Origin: Mobula hypostoma
Taxonomy: Eukaryota
Direction of reading: 5' to 3'
Assembly: GCF_963921235.1 (NCBI RefSeq)
Contig: NC_086097.1
Location: forward strand, 169,820,001-169,884,000
DNA length: 64,000 nucleotides
Shown here: positions 49,561 through 62,942 of the stretch, one piece after another
How the letters are laid out: every line of letters starts with the position of its first letter
How positions within the stretch are numbered: position 1 is the first letter of the stretch
Position numbers and translations under genes: made by a program
The notes under the pieces: generated by a model
What the model saw: only the letters and a program-made list of their open reading frames with translations
The model's database searches: none
Told to the model about the DNA's origin: nothing

Positions 49561-52500
49561 CTGCAAATGAGAAAATCTGCAGATGCTGGAAATCCAAACA
49601 ACACACATAAGATGCTGGAGGAACTCAGAAGGCCAGGCAGCATCAATGGAAAAGTCAATGTTTCTCCAGGACCCTCCAACAGGACTAGAGAAAAAAAGTG
49701 AGATCAGAGTAAGAAAGTTGGGGGGTGGGGGGGGGGGAGGAAAGAAATACAAGGTAGTATGTGATATGTGAAACTGGGGAGGGGTTGGTGAAGAGCTGGA
49801 AAGTTGATAGGTGAAAGAGATAAAGAGATACATTGATTGGGACTCCCATACTGTTAGGGGTCTAGATGGTTTAGAGTTTGTAAAATGTGTTCAGGAAAGT
49901 TTTCTAAATCAATATATAGAGGGACCAACTAGAGGGGATGCAATATTGGATCTCCTGTTAGGTAACAAATTAGGGCAAGTGACAGAAGTCTGTGTAGGGG
50001 AGCACTTTGGTTCCAGTGATCATAACACCATTAGTTTCAATTTGATCATGGACAGGGATAGATCTGGTCCTAGGGTTGAGGTTCTGAACTGGAAGAAGGC
50101 CAAATTTGAAGAAATGAGAATGGATCTAAAAAGCGTGGATTGGGACAGGTTGTTCTCTGGCAAAGATGTGATTGGTAGGTGGGAAGCCTTCAAAGGGGAA
50201 ATTTTGAGAGTGCAGAGTTTGTATGTTCCTGTCAGGATTAAAGGCAAATTGAATAGGAATAAGGAACCTTGGTTCTCAAGGGATATTGCAACTCTGATAA
50301 AGAAGAAGAGGGAGTTGTATGAAATGTATAGGAAACAGGGGGTAAATCAGGTGCTTGAGGAGTATAAGAAGTGCAAGAAAATACTTAAGAAAGAAATCAG
50401 GAGGGCAAAAAGAAGACATGAGATTGCCTTGCCAGTCAAAGTGAAGGATAATCCAAAGAGCTTTTACAAGTATATTAAGAGCAAAAGGATTGTAAGGGAT
50501 AAAATTGGTCCTCTTGAAGATCAGAGTGGTCGGCTTTGTGCGGAACCAAAAGAAATGGGGGAGATCTTAAATAGGTTTTTTGTGTCTGTATTTACTAAGG
50601 AAGCTGGCATGAAATCTATGGAATTGAGGGAATCAAGTAGTGAGACCATGGAAACTGTACAGATTGAAAAGGAGGAGGTGCTTGCTGTCTTGAGGAAAAT
50701 TAAAGTGGATAAATCCCCGAGACCTGACAGAGTGTTCCCTCGGACCTTGAAGGAGACTAGTGTTGAAATTGTGGGGGCCCTGGCAGAAATATTTAAAATG
50801 TCGCTGTCTACGGGTGAAGTGCCGGAGGATTGGAGAGCGGCTCATGTTGTTCCGTTGGTTAAAAAAGGATCGAAAAGTAATCCGGTAAACTATAGGCCGG
50901 TGAGTTTAACGTCAGTAGTAGGTAAGTTGTTGGAGGGAATACTAAGAGACAGAATCTACAAGCATTTGGATAGACAGGGGCTTATTAGGGAGAGTCAACA
51001 TGGCTTTGTGCGTGGTAGGTCATGTTTGACCAATCTGTTGGAGTTTTTCGAGGAGGTTACCAGGAAAGTGGATGAAGGGAAGGCAGTGGATATTGTCTAC
51101 ATGGACTTCAGTAAGGCCTTTGACAAGGTCCCACATGGGAGGTTAGTTAGGAAAATTCAGTCGCTAGGTCTACATGGAGAGGTGGTAAATTGGATTAGAC
51201 ATTGGCTCGATGGAAGAAGCCAGAGAGTGGTGGTAGAGAATTGCTTCTCTGAGTGGAGGCCTGTGACTAGTGGTGTGCCACAGGGATCAGTGCTGGGTCC
51301 ATCGTTATTTATCATCTATATCAATGATCTGGATGATAATGTGGTAAATTGGATCAGCAAGTTTGCTGATGATACAAAGATTGGAGGTGTAGTAGACAGT
51401 GAGGAAGGTTTTCAGAGCCTGCAGAGGGACTTGGACCAGCTGGAAAAATGGGCTGAAAAACGGCAGATGGAGTTTAATACTGACAAGTGTGAGGTATTGC
51501 ACGTTAGAAGGACAAACTAACGTAGAACATACAGGGTTAATGGTAAGGCACTGAGGAGTGCAGTGGAACAGAGGGATCTGGGAATACAGATACAAAATTC
51601 CCTAAAAGTGTCGTCACAGGTAGATAGGGTCGTAAAGAGAGCTTTTGGTACATTGGCCTTTATTAATCAAAGTATTGAGTATAAGAGCTGGAATGTTATC
51701 ATGAGGTTGTATAAGGCATTGGTGAGGCCGAATCTGGAGTATTGTGTTCAGTTTTGGTCACCAAATTACAGGAAGGATGTAAATAAGGTTGAAAGAGTGC
51801 AGAGAAGGTTTACAAGGATGTTGCCAGGACTTGAGAAACTCAGTTACAGAGAAAGGTTGAATAGGTTAGGACTTTATTCCCTGAAGCGTAGAAGAATGAG
51901 GGGAGATTTGATAGAGGTATATAAAATTATGATGGGTATAGATAGAGTGAATGCAAGCAGGCTTTTTCCACTGAGGCAAGGGGAGAAAAAAACCAGAGGA
52001 CATGGGTTAAGGGTGAGGGGGGAAAAGTTTAAAGGGAACATTAGGGGGGGCTTCTTCACACAGAGAGTGGTGGGAGTATGGAATGAGCTGCCAGACGAGG
52101 TGGTAAATGTGGGTTCTTTTTTAACATTTAAGAATAAATTGGACAGATACATGGATGGGAGGTGTATGGAGGGATATGGTCTGTGTGCAGGTCAGTGGGA
52201 CTAGGCAGAAAATGGTTTGGCACAGCCAAGAAGGGCCAAAAGGCCTGTTTCTGTGCTGTATTTTCTATGGTTCTATGGTTCTATGGCTGGAGAAGGGGGA
52301 TCTGATAGGAGAGACCAGAAGGACATGGAAGAAAGGGAAGGGGGAGGAGTGCCAGCGGGAGGTGGTGGGCAAGTAAGGTGATAAGGTGAGAGAGGGAAGT
52401 GGGAATGGTGATGAAGGTGGGGGCATTACCAGAAGTTTGAGAAATCGATGTTCATGCCATCAGATTGGAGGCCACCCAGATGGAATATATGCTGTTGCTT

Positions 52501-53736
52501 CTCCAATCTGAGTGTGGCCTCATCACAACAGTAGAGGAAGCCATGGACTGACATGTTGGAATGGGAATGTGAAGTGGAATTAAAATGGGTGGCCACTGGA
52601 AGATATCGCTTTTTCTGGTGGACGGAGCGTAGGTGCCCGGCGAAGTGGTCTTCCAATGTTGGGTCTCAGCGATATGCAGGAGACCACACCGTGAGCACTG
52701 GATACAGTAGATGACACCAAAAGTCTGGCTGGTGAAGTGTTGTCTCACCTGGAAGGACTGTTTGGTGTAGGGACAGGTATAGCACTTGTTCTGCTTGCAA
52801 GGATAAGAGCCAGGAAGGAGATCAGTGGGGAGGGACAAATGGACAAGGGAGTCGCATAGAGAGCGATCCCTGTGGAAAGCAGAGAGTGGGGGGAAGAGAA
52901 AGATTTTCTTGGTGGTGGGTGGTATCCTGTTGGAGATGGCAGAAGTTATGGAGGATTATGTGCTGGACGCAGAGGGTGGTGGGATGGTAGGTGAGGACAA
53001 GAGGAACTCTATCCCTGGTGGAGTGGCAGGAGGATGGCATGAGGGCAGACTTGTGCGAAATGGAAGAGATGCATTTGAGGGGAGCATTGATGGTGGAAGA
53101 TAAGACCCTTTCTTTGAAGAAGGAGGACAACTCCTTAGTTCTGGAATGAAAAGCCTCATCCAGACAGCAGATGCGGTGGAGATGAAGGAATTGAGAGAAG
53201 GGGATGGCATCTTTACAAGTAACAGGGTGGGAAGAGGTATAGTCCAGGTAGCTGTGAGAGCAATTTATAAAAGACATCGGTAGGTAAGCTGTCTCCAGAA
53301 ACAGAGACAGAGAGATCAAAAAGGAGGGAGGTGTCAGAAATGGACCAGGTAAATTTGAAGGCAGAGTGGAAGTTGGAGGCAAAGTTAATGAAGTCGACAA
53401 GCTCTGCATGGGTGCAGGAAGTAACACCAACACACTTGTTGAAGTAGCGTAGGAAAAGTTGGGGAGTGATACCAATGCAGGTTTGGAATATAGACTGTTC
53501 CATGTAGCTGACAAAAGGGCAGGCATAACTGGGACCCATGTGAGTACCCATGGCTACACCTTTTATGTGAAGAAAGTGGGAGGAGCTGAAGGAGAAATTA
53601 TTGAGAGTGAGGACCATTTCCGATAGATGGAGGAGAGTGATGGCGGAGGGGAACTGGTTGGATCTGGTGTCCAGAAAGAAACAGAGAGCTTTGAGGCCTT
53701 CCTAGTGAGGGATGGAGGTGCATAGGGACTGGACAT
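49561..53736 (-). mobile_element. Penelope-like element with degenerate RT and GIY-YIG endonuclease
   Basis: LTLNNFSF...KGVAMGTHMGPSYA (PLE RT, 53213-53617) and GVIYCIQCSRCGLLHIAET (GIY-YIG, 52452-52838); terminal repeat at 49561-49830. Split by a CR1. Confidence 0.9.
49830..52285 (+). mobile_element. Young 5'-truncated CR1 LINE
   Basis: ORF2 frame is continuous to 52204 apart from one in-frame TAA at 51518-51520; FADD intact; (TTCTATGG)n tail. Confidence 0.95.
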
Positions 53737-54922
53737 CTCCCAAGTCCCTTTGCAGCTCTAATTTTTTAATTTTCTCTGCATTTAGAAAATAGAGTATGCC
53801 TTTATTTCTCCTACCAAAGTGCATGACCAAGCATTTCCCTACATTGTATTCTTTCTGAAGCTTCTTTCCCTATTCTACCAATGTCTAGGTCCTTCTGTAG
53901 ACTCCCTGCTTCCTCAACACTATCTACACTATACCAATCTTTGTATTGTCTGTCAACTTGGCCACACATCCAAGTCATTGACGTGTACTGTGAAAGTGGT
54001 CTCAATATGGACATCTGCAGAACACCACTGGAATCAGCAGCCTACCAGTAAAGACCACTTTTATTTTCACACTTTGCATTCTGCCAGTGAGCCAATTTTC
54101 TACCCATGCCAGTATCTTTCCTCTGATACCATGGCCTCTTATCCTGTTAGCAGCTGCATGTACGGCATCTTGTCAAAGGCCTTGTGAAAATCCAAGTAAT
54201 ATCCCTTGACTCCTTTGACTAGCTGGCTTGTTATTTCCTTAAAGAATTCCAATAGGTTTGTCAGGTAATATTTGCCCTTAAGGAAACCATGCTGACTTTG
54301 GCTTATTTTATTGTGTGCCTCCAAGTACCCTGAAACCTCATACTGAATAATGGACTCCAGCATCTTCCCAACCACTGAACTCAGGCTAACTAGCTTATAA
54401 TTTCCTTTCCTCTGCCTCCCTCCCATCTTAAAGAGTAGAATAACATCTGTAATTTTCCATCCTTCCAGAATCTAGTGATTCTTGAAATCTCATTACTACT
54501 GCCTCTACAATCTCTTCAGCTACCTCTCTTAGAACCCTAGTATGTAGTCCATCTGGACCATGTGACTTACCTTCCTTCAGACCTTTCAACTTGACAAGTA
54601 CCTTCTCCTTAGTAATAGCAATTACACTTACTTCTGCCCCCTGACACTCTCCAATTTTTGGTACAATGCTAGTGTCTTCCATAGTAAATGCTGATAGAAA
54701 ATACTTGTTGAGTTAGTCTGCTATTTCTTTGTCCCCCATTACTACCTCTACAACATCATTTTCCAGAGGTGCAATGTCCACTCTCATCTCTCTTTTATCT
54801 TTATATATGTTTGCAAAAACTTTGGGTATCTTCTTTTTTATGAGGGGTGATTGATAAGTTTGTGGCCTAAGGTAGAAGGAGATGAGTTATTAACTTCAAA
54901 CTTTCTGCATAATCACGCAAAG

Positions 54923-54947
54923 ACACACACACACACACACACACACA
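54923..54947. repeat. (CA)n microsatellite
   Basis: Seen directly. Confidence 0.95.
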
Positions 54948-55796
54948 GCCACTGACTCAGCTTTTGTTTAGGATTCAGTACTACAATCAAGTTTGTTATC
55001 ACTGACATATATTGTGAAATAATTTGTTTTGCAGCAGCAGTACAGTGCAAGACATTACACTGATTTATAAGTTACAAAATAAATAAATAGTGTGAGAAAA
55101 GAATAGACAGGTAGTGCTCATGGGTTCATGGACCCCGTTCAGAAATCTGGTGATGGAAGAAAAGATGTTGTTCTATAAACATTGAGTGTGCGTCTTCAGG
55201 CCATTTGATGCATTTACAGGGAAGCTAGAGAAACACACAAGGAAGAAAGGAATAGGGGGATGTGTTACAAAGTAAATAAAGTTATCCACAGTGCAGAATC
55301 AAGCCAAGATTTACCGAACTGACCCTTCTCTATCCTTACGTCCTATATCTTCTGGAATGTGCTTCTCAGCGAGGTGGCAGAAGCAGATAAGATAGCAACA
55401 GTTAAGAGGAATTTAGACTTCCCCATGAATGGGCAGATGGAATTAGTTGAGATCAGCATCCTGGCCAGTACAGACATGGTGGCCTGTTTATGCACTATAC
55501 TTTTCTATGTTTTTTGCTCTAACTTTGAAAGATAAGAGGAAGGTTTAATGGAACTTGAATGTCACACTGTTTGCTGAATTGAATGGTCTGTTTCTGTGTT
55601 GCAACACTACATAACACTACACAGATATTACTGAAGTGGTTAGAATCTGCAATTGAGAGGGGCATTAGGCTGCATTGCTGCTCCAAGCAAGCTTTTCATT
55701 GTACTTGTACAGAGGTTCACAAGAGTGATTCTGGGAATGAATGGGTTAACATATGAGGTGTGTTATTTTCCTGACTTTGGTGCTGTTTGTACATTT

Positions 55797-55799
<3 letters not shown>

Positions 55800-55844
<45 letters not shown>
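55800..55844. repeat. (TG)n microsatellite
   Basis: Seen directly. Confidence 0.95.
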
Positions 55845-55847
<3 letters not shown>

Positions 55848-56999
55848 AAGTTGCTGAGCTAAAGATGAAATCTTGATCTCTCAGTCTACATTGAAGTGAC
55901 CCTTGCACTTCATTTATCTATTTGCACTGCACTTTCTCTGTAATGGCAACACGATAATCTGCAATACACACAAAATGCTGAAGCAACTCAGCAAATCTGA
56001 TAGCGTCCCATGAAGGAGCATTCTGGTTCTCTTTTTACTACCCCAATGTGCTTATGTATGATCTGGATCTGTCTGGATGGCAGGCAAAAAATATAGCTTT
56101 TTGCTATATCTTGTAGATGTGACAATAATAAAACCGATATCATTGCCAAGCATGTGAGGTGAATATAAAAGAGTATTAAATAGGATTTGTGTAAATGGTC
56201 AGGGCAGACTTGAAGGTCTGAAGTGCCTGTAGTTTCTTATGAGTTTCTGACTATGCTTTGGAAATCTCTGGATTAGAGACTTGTAAAGATTGGCAATATA
56301 CTGAGTGAACTTCTCTCCTCAGTCCTGGATGGATTAGACTGGAATCCACTTGTCATTTTTAAAGCCACATGTGCTATTCATAAAGGAAAATGGAATGAAA
56401 ATATAAATTCTGCGTGACTGGCAATTATTGCCAACACTAAGTTTTATCAGTAGAAAAACAATTTAAACAGGTACAGTTTTGCAGGTGTTTCATTCCTGTT
56501 TTGAAATGGTTAAAAGCAGCATATTCAAGACTAATTGACAATCGATGGTAAATCACCAGAGAAGCATTAACAACTAAATCACTCACTGCAAATAATGCTC
56601 TACAGACACACACACACACCCTGATAAATCTTCTGTGACGCCTGTGAAACATGTATGAACAAAACCTTCAGGCTGTAAATTAAAACTGCTTTTCGATCCA
56701 AAGTCTTTGCAGGTAATGGGAATGCTGCAGGGATTTAGAAAATGGCTCTTCATTTCCCCTTTTTATTGTCAGATAATGATGTTTGACCATTTTAGATCTC
56801 TTTATATTATAACAATGATGTGAATGGACTATTAGGACAGAGGTCCATCTTATTAAAGCTACATATGACTTACCATATGCACTACTGATACTGAACTTGG
56901 CCTGTTATTTTTAAATTGTGAGATGATATTAAGACAACAGCACAAAATCTAGAGGGACAAATTAGGTTTCCATCTCCACAAATTATGTTCCATTACCCT

Positions 57000-58260
57000 T
57001 ACAGTGTGATTTGCCTCTGTTTTTCATAATGGACCCTACTCTTTCCTGGTTATCCTTTTGTCCTTAATATATCCATAAACTGCCTTCTGATCTACCTTCA
57101 TTCTATCTGCTCTGTCAGTGATATTTTGTGACCCCGCTTTGCTTTATAAGGCTAAGTTGTGTTGGTTGTTAAGGCAAACAATGCATTTCACTTTGTGTCA
57201 ATGTTCATGTGAAAAATAAATCTAATTTCTCTCCACTTTTTCACTTTTTGCAGGTAATGGGAGAGTTGCTTGGCCTTTAGTCTTACAGGAGCACAGTTGT
57301 CCTGAGCTCTTACTTCCTCTTCTTTGAATGCTTCCCATTGTGGAGATGTCGATGTAGCTAAAAGGAGATTCTCAGAGCCTACCTTTGCCAGGTCCTGTCT
57401 TCTTTGAATGATATTGTTTTTCTACCAGTGTAAGATCTTTATTCCAGGTCTATCCCTATCCTTTTTCATAACTCCTTTAAAATACATATATAGAGTTATG
57501 GTTGCTATCTCTAGAATGCACTTCCAATGACATTCCCGATATTTGAACAACTTCATTCTCCAAGATAAGGTCCAGTAAAGCCCCTTCCCTCATTGGGTAT
57601 TTACATACTGAATCAAAAATCTCTCCTGGATACACCTCAAAAATCCTGACCCTTTGAGCCTTTTAAACTAAGGCAATCTCAGTTAATATTTGGGAAACTT
57701 TAATCGTCTTGTACCATAAGCCTCATTATTCACCTCTCTCCTCTATTTTCTTAAATATTTGTTTCTCTGTCTCCTGTCAACTTTCAGGAGGACTGCAATA
57801 CACCCCCCAGCAAAGTAATAGCTCTCTTTTTGTTCCTCATCTTTACCCATATGGCCTCATTTGAGGAGCCTTCTAGGATATCTTCCCCCAGTACTGAAGT
57901 AATGCAATCCTTGACTAACGTTGTACAATTACTTTGCTTGCCATCCGCCACTTGCCCTCGTCTCATTACTGCCAGCAGCTGCCAGCACCTGAACTCCCAC
58001 ACTTCCCTCCGTCGTCAGATTTCTGTACGGTCCATGAACTCTTAACAAACCTCATTATTCCTCCTACCCATGTTATCAATACCAATATGCTGTATGACTA
58101 CTCACTCTAGTTCATCCTCACTCTTCAGAGAGACTTTCAGCCCCTTTGAGACAGTCTTGACCCCAGCACCAGGGAGGTAACATACTATCCTGAAGATTTG
58201 TTTACGGCCATGGATCACCTATATATCCCCTAATGATAGAATCCTCTAACACTACCATTT
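57000..58260 (-). mobile_element. Highly decayed CR1 fragment (endonuclease region)
   Basis: EDILEGSSNEAIWVKMRNKKRAITLLG is a CR1 endonuclease remnant. Confidence 0.7.
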
Positions 58261-58339
58261 CAATAGCTCAATGGTTCAACTTAATACTAGAGGATGTGCA
58301 CAGTAAACAACCCGAAATCCTTACTCTTTGCTTCACAAG

Positions 58340-58835
58340 GCACATTATTCTCAGTTTTCACAGAGGAAAAAGACACAAACCAAAAATCCCAGGCAAAGGT
58401 AATTAGAAGTGAAAGGAGGCATGGGATTCGGAGAAACTTGGCTTGCCCATGGAAGGCAGAGGGTGATAGCAGGTGGAGTGTATTCTACCTGGAGGTTGGT
58501 GACTAGCGGTATTTTGCAGGGGCCCCTGCTTTTTTGTTTTTTTTTTGGTAAGTGACTTCCATGTGGAAGTGGAAGGGTGTGTTATTAAGTCTGCAGATGA
58601 CACAAAAGATTGGTGGCGTGGATAGTGGGGAAGGTTGTCATAGGTTACAATGGGACATTGATAGGATGCAGAGCTGAGCTGAGAAGTGGCAGATGGAGTT
58701 CAACTAGAAAAGTGTGAAAGCACTTTGGAAAGCCAATTTAAAGGGAGAGTAACGGCAGGATTCTTAGCAGTGTAGAAGAACAGAGGGAACTTGGGGCCAT
58801 AGGGCCTGTACTGTGCTGTATTATGTTCTAAATTC
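58340..58835 (+). mobile_element. Decayed CR1 RT fragment
   Basis: GCAGATGACACAAAAGATTGGTGG and GAGAAGTGGCAGATGGAGTTCAA match other CR1 copies in the window. Confidence 0.75.
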
Positions 58836-61635
58836 TAAGTATTTGTTCATTGAAAATAATATTTTCTAGCCTTGTGTTGTTTGCCCCGTCTAACACAAAG
58901 GAATGTGCTTCCCTCCTTGTGCTCACGCCTGGTTCTTGTGTAGAACGGGCTTTGTTCTGTGGTGTGTAAGATTTAGTTCAGAGACAGATCGTGCTACAAC
59001 TTTAGATTTATCTGGTCTCTGCTTCACAAGGCATATTATTCTTGGTGGAAAGTGCTTTGGGCAATTTACAATGCTGGAATTTCTTATTTTAGTGAGATGA
59101 CTAGCAAGCATAAAAAAAGCACACAGCAGAAATTCTCTTCTCTCTCCAGACAATTACTTTCTGATTAAAGTTTATGGACAAATCTGATCAAGGCATACAA
59201 AATTAAGAATGGCATAAATAGTGAAACACTTATCCCCTCGGAAGGGTCTAAAACCAGGGGGTTTAATAAAAAGGGTAGGAGGTCCAGAGGGAAGTGAGGG
59301 ATTTTTTTTTCACCCAGAGGGTGATTAGAATCTGGAACACTCCCTGATGGGGTGGTGAAGGCAGTGACTTTCAGAAACGTGCAAGAAGCAATGAGCTCGG
59401 CTGTCAGAGGTCTCTGCACTTGAGCAATCTCTCTCGGTGTGGGAGAGAGTTTGTTGATTCTCGAGTCAGGGGAACTCGAATAAGCAACACTGCAGACTGT
59501 AACATCGCAACAGCGAGCTGTTGGCCTCCCCTCTTGCTGTGGAGGAGTGATATCTCTCTCTCTCTCTCTCTCTCCCTTGTTAGTAAGGGAAAGAGCCTAT
59601 TGAGATGCTGAAGTGTTGTGATGGACAGTAGTTTTTGATGGACTTTAGATCATGGTCTCTGGGGGATGGTGGGGGGGGGATAGTGTGGGCTGATGCTTTT
59701 GCTGAAGGAATTGGCTGGAGAGGGAGGGTGGAGGGTTGATACTTTTGCTGTTGCTTTTGCATGGGAGGGGGGCTTTAGGGTTCTAACATTTTTCTTTCAT
59801 TCATTCTTTGTGTTTTTTTTCTCTCTGTTTCATGGATGTCTGCAAAGAGTAAGGATAAGAGTAAGAGTAATTCTCTGATATTAAGTTGAACGATTGAACT
59901 ATTGAAGCTTCTGGATGAGCACTTGGGCCATCAGGGAATAGCAGGCTATTGGCCAAGTGCTGGATAATGAGATTAGTATGTTTGGCTACTCAATGGTGAG
60001 TATGCACATAATGGGCCAAAGGGCCTATTTCTCTGGTGTCTGATTCTATGACAATTCCTCCTTCTGAACTGATCCATTTCACAATCCTCGGTCCTCCAGC
60101 TAACACTGTCACCATTCTGTTGAGGAATTTTTAAGCAGCTCTAATTGAAGATCATAGAAGAGTGCAGAACAGAAACAGGCCTTTCAATCCATAATACCTG
60201 TGCTGAGCACAAGGTGAAATTAAACTAAACCTTTCTGTCTGTGCATATCTCTCTATCCCCCACATATTCATATGCTTATCTAAAAGCCTCTTGAACAGCT
60301 TATAGTAATTTGTGACACCTTACTGCTGCCACAAAGCAACATGTTCCATGACATATGTATGTTGGTGATAAAAACCTGTTTTTAATTCTAGCATTACTCC
60401 TAGCTTCCCCGCTCCAGGCACCCGCCACTCTCTGTATAATAAAACATTGCTCCGCGCATCTTTAAACTTTTCCCCTCTCATCTGAGATGCATGTTCCCTA
60501 GTATTTGACATTTCTATTTTAGGAAAATATCTTGGAAGAAAGTGACAAAAATGAATGTGGTTCCCATGGCAGTAAAGCCAGGAGATATTGTAACAGTGAA
60601 CAAAGACATTGTGAAGGGTTTAAACAAACAATTCAATGCAAAAGACAAAGCAAATGTTACTGAAATACAAGGGATCCAAGTGTCAACTGATACTGAGGAA
60701 CTTAAAGTCATTAACATCGCTGCTGCTGTCAGGCAAGACAAATAGGAACCCGATGATGCAGTGGATCAGCTGTGCTGGTCTAGCACAGGGTTCTACATTT
60801 AACAGTTTTATGGACCAGATTACACAAAAGAGAATCTGAAAAAGACCATTCTGCCATGAGTGCCGACTCTACAGTTCAATATGCCCCTGTCTGATCTTTA
60901 GCTCAGGTCAACTCTAACCTCATGCTCCTAGACTACCCTAATATCCAAAAATCTATTAACCTTGGTCCTGAGTTTACACAATCCACTTGGCTTTGGAATT
61001 CTAAAGGTTTGTTACACTCTGTGTGGGTGAGTGGCTGGTATATGGACTGTGCTGCCAGACCAGAGGCAGCTACAAAATATTTAAAAAGCATTGGACAGGT
61101 ACACGGATAGAAAAGGACTCAAGGGATGAGGGACACATGCAGCCAAATGGGATTAACTCAGGAAAGCGCCTTGGTTGGTGTGGAAAGGTTGGGTTGAAGG
61201 TCTGTTCCATGCAGTATAAATGTATGACTCTTTGGAGTGACACACCAGTTAGCTGAACGTTATCAGTAAAATATTGCTTTATTTTTTGTGTTACAGACAT
61301 TTCCATCTCTTTTTGTATTTATGAACGTGGAGGTACAGGAGCCTGAAGACTCACATTCAACATTCTAGAACCAGCTTCTTCCTCTCCGTCATCAGATTTC
61401 TGAATGACTCATGAACTCTTGAAAACTACCTCTTTATTCCTCATTTACACTACTCATTTTTGTATCTTACAGTAATTTTTATATCGTGCAGGATACTGCC
61501 GCTACAAAACAACACGTTTTATGAAGTACTGTATGTCAGTGATAATAAACCTGATTCAGATTTTGTCATCTTTTTGGTGTAGGTGCTCCCATGTTTCTAC
61601 ACTGGGATTTAGACTCAGCATCTGAGCCTCTAGAA

Positions 61636-61691
61636 CAGGGGTTCTCTACATGGCATCCACAGACCCCTTGGTTAGTCGTAGGGGTCCATGG
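61636..61691 (+). mobile_element. hAT-type MITE lacking its right terminal repeat
   Basis: Starts CAGGGGTTC and is flanked by a perfect 8-bp TSD CTCTAGAA (61628-61635 and 61692-61699). A related fragment lies at ~31514-31550. Confidence 0.75.
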
Positions 61692-61910
61692 CTCTAGAAG
61701 AAGGAGCTCTCAATATACCCATCCTCATACAGTACTTATCCTTAATGTCTTTTAAATATTATTTTTGTACCTGCCTCAACAACTTCCTCTGGCTGCTCAT
61801 TCTGTATTTGCACCACTCTCTGCTCTGACTTTAAACCTTTGCTTTGCCCACTTTTGCTCCCCTTCCCCTTGGGAAAAGACTATGTGCACTCACCTTTTCC
61901 ATGCCCCTCA

Positions 61911-62460
61911 AGAACCGCACAGACAATGACTGCACTATCCAAACTCAAGACAATATGGAGGGACAGCAACATCACCATGAAGTACAAGATCATTGGTATT
62001 CTCCATCTTCCTGTATGCATGTGAGATATGGACCCTCACAGCACGGCCACAGAGGAAGATACAGGCATTGGAAATGAGATGCTATCGCAACATCTTGGGC
62101 ATCTCATACTTGGACCACATCACAAACGAGCAGGTCCACAAGACCATCCAGCACCACATTGGCCCCCATGAAGACCTTCTCACAACGGTGAAGAAAAGAA
62201 AGCTGAGATGGTATGGCCACGTAACAAGATCCAGTGACCTTGCAAAGACCATTCTACAAGGAACTGTGGAGGGAAAAAGAAGGAGAGGCAGACAGAGGAA
62301 AAGATAGATGGACAACATTAAAGAATGGACAGGGAAAACATTTGCGGTGACCCAGGCTCTGGCACACAACCGCGACAGATGGAACAGACTAGTGCAAAGC
62401 TTGTCATGACGGCACCCCGACGACTCCACCAGGAGTTTAGGGTGCAAGGCAAGGCAAGGC
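61911..62460 (+). mobile_element. RTE-clade LINE 3' end
   Basis: LYACEIWTL...LEMRCYRNIL...KLRWYGHV...ILQGTVEGKRRRGRQRKR and a (CAAGG)n tail. Inserted in a minus-strand CR1 fragment. Confidence 0.9.
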
Positions 62461-62942
62461 ATGATTTTAATAACCTTCATAAAGTCACCCCTCAGTCTGT
62501 TAACATATACACTTCCTTAAACAAAATCTATTAATTTAGATGTGATTGTATAACACAATTAAGATATTTAATACACTGAATCAGAATCAGAAACAGGTTT
62601 ATTATCTCTGTCTTATATGATGTGAAATTTGTTGTTTTGCACCAACAGTACAGTGAAAAGATGATGTTATGAAATTTACACTCTTACTACAGGTTTGCCT
62701 TGGAATTTGGTCTTATCAGAGTTCCAGGGGCGCAACTATGAGATTCAAAAATTCTATGGTGGAATATTGAGTCAATGTGAAGAAATAGACGCCTAAAGGG
62801 TAGGAGGTATGTTTGCAGAAGAGCTACTGGTCTAGAACAAAGGACATATGAATTTTAATTGCTTTATTATTGCCACATGTACTGAGAGGATGTTTCTGGG
62901 TTTTGAGGGATTGCGTTATTGAGAGAGGTTGAGAAGATTGGG

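Larger units (their letters stand above)
49425..54830 (-). mobile_element. Old CR1 LINE acting as host of nested insertions
   Basis: Minus-strand CR1 RT remnants at 53737-54830 (KGNYKLVSL, YLDFHKAFDK) continue at 49425-49560. Confidence 0.8.

Noticed and set aside
60542..60745. Protein-like ORF (VPMAVKPGDIV...EELKVINI)
   Set aside because: Matches the decayed CR1 ORF2 linker seen at ~17720-17910 and 35950-36120.
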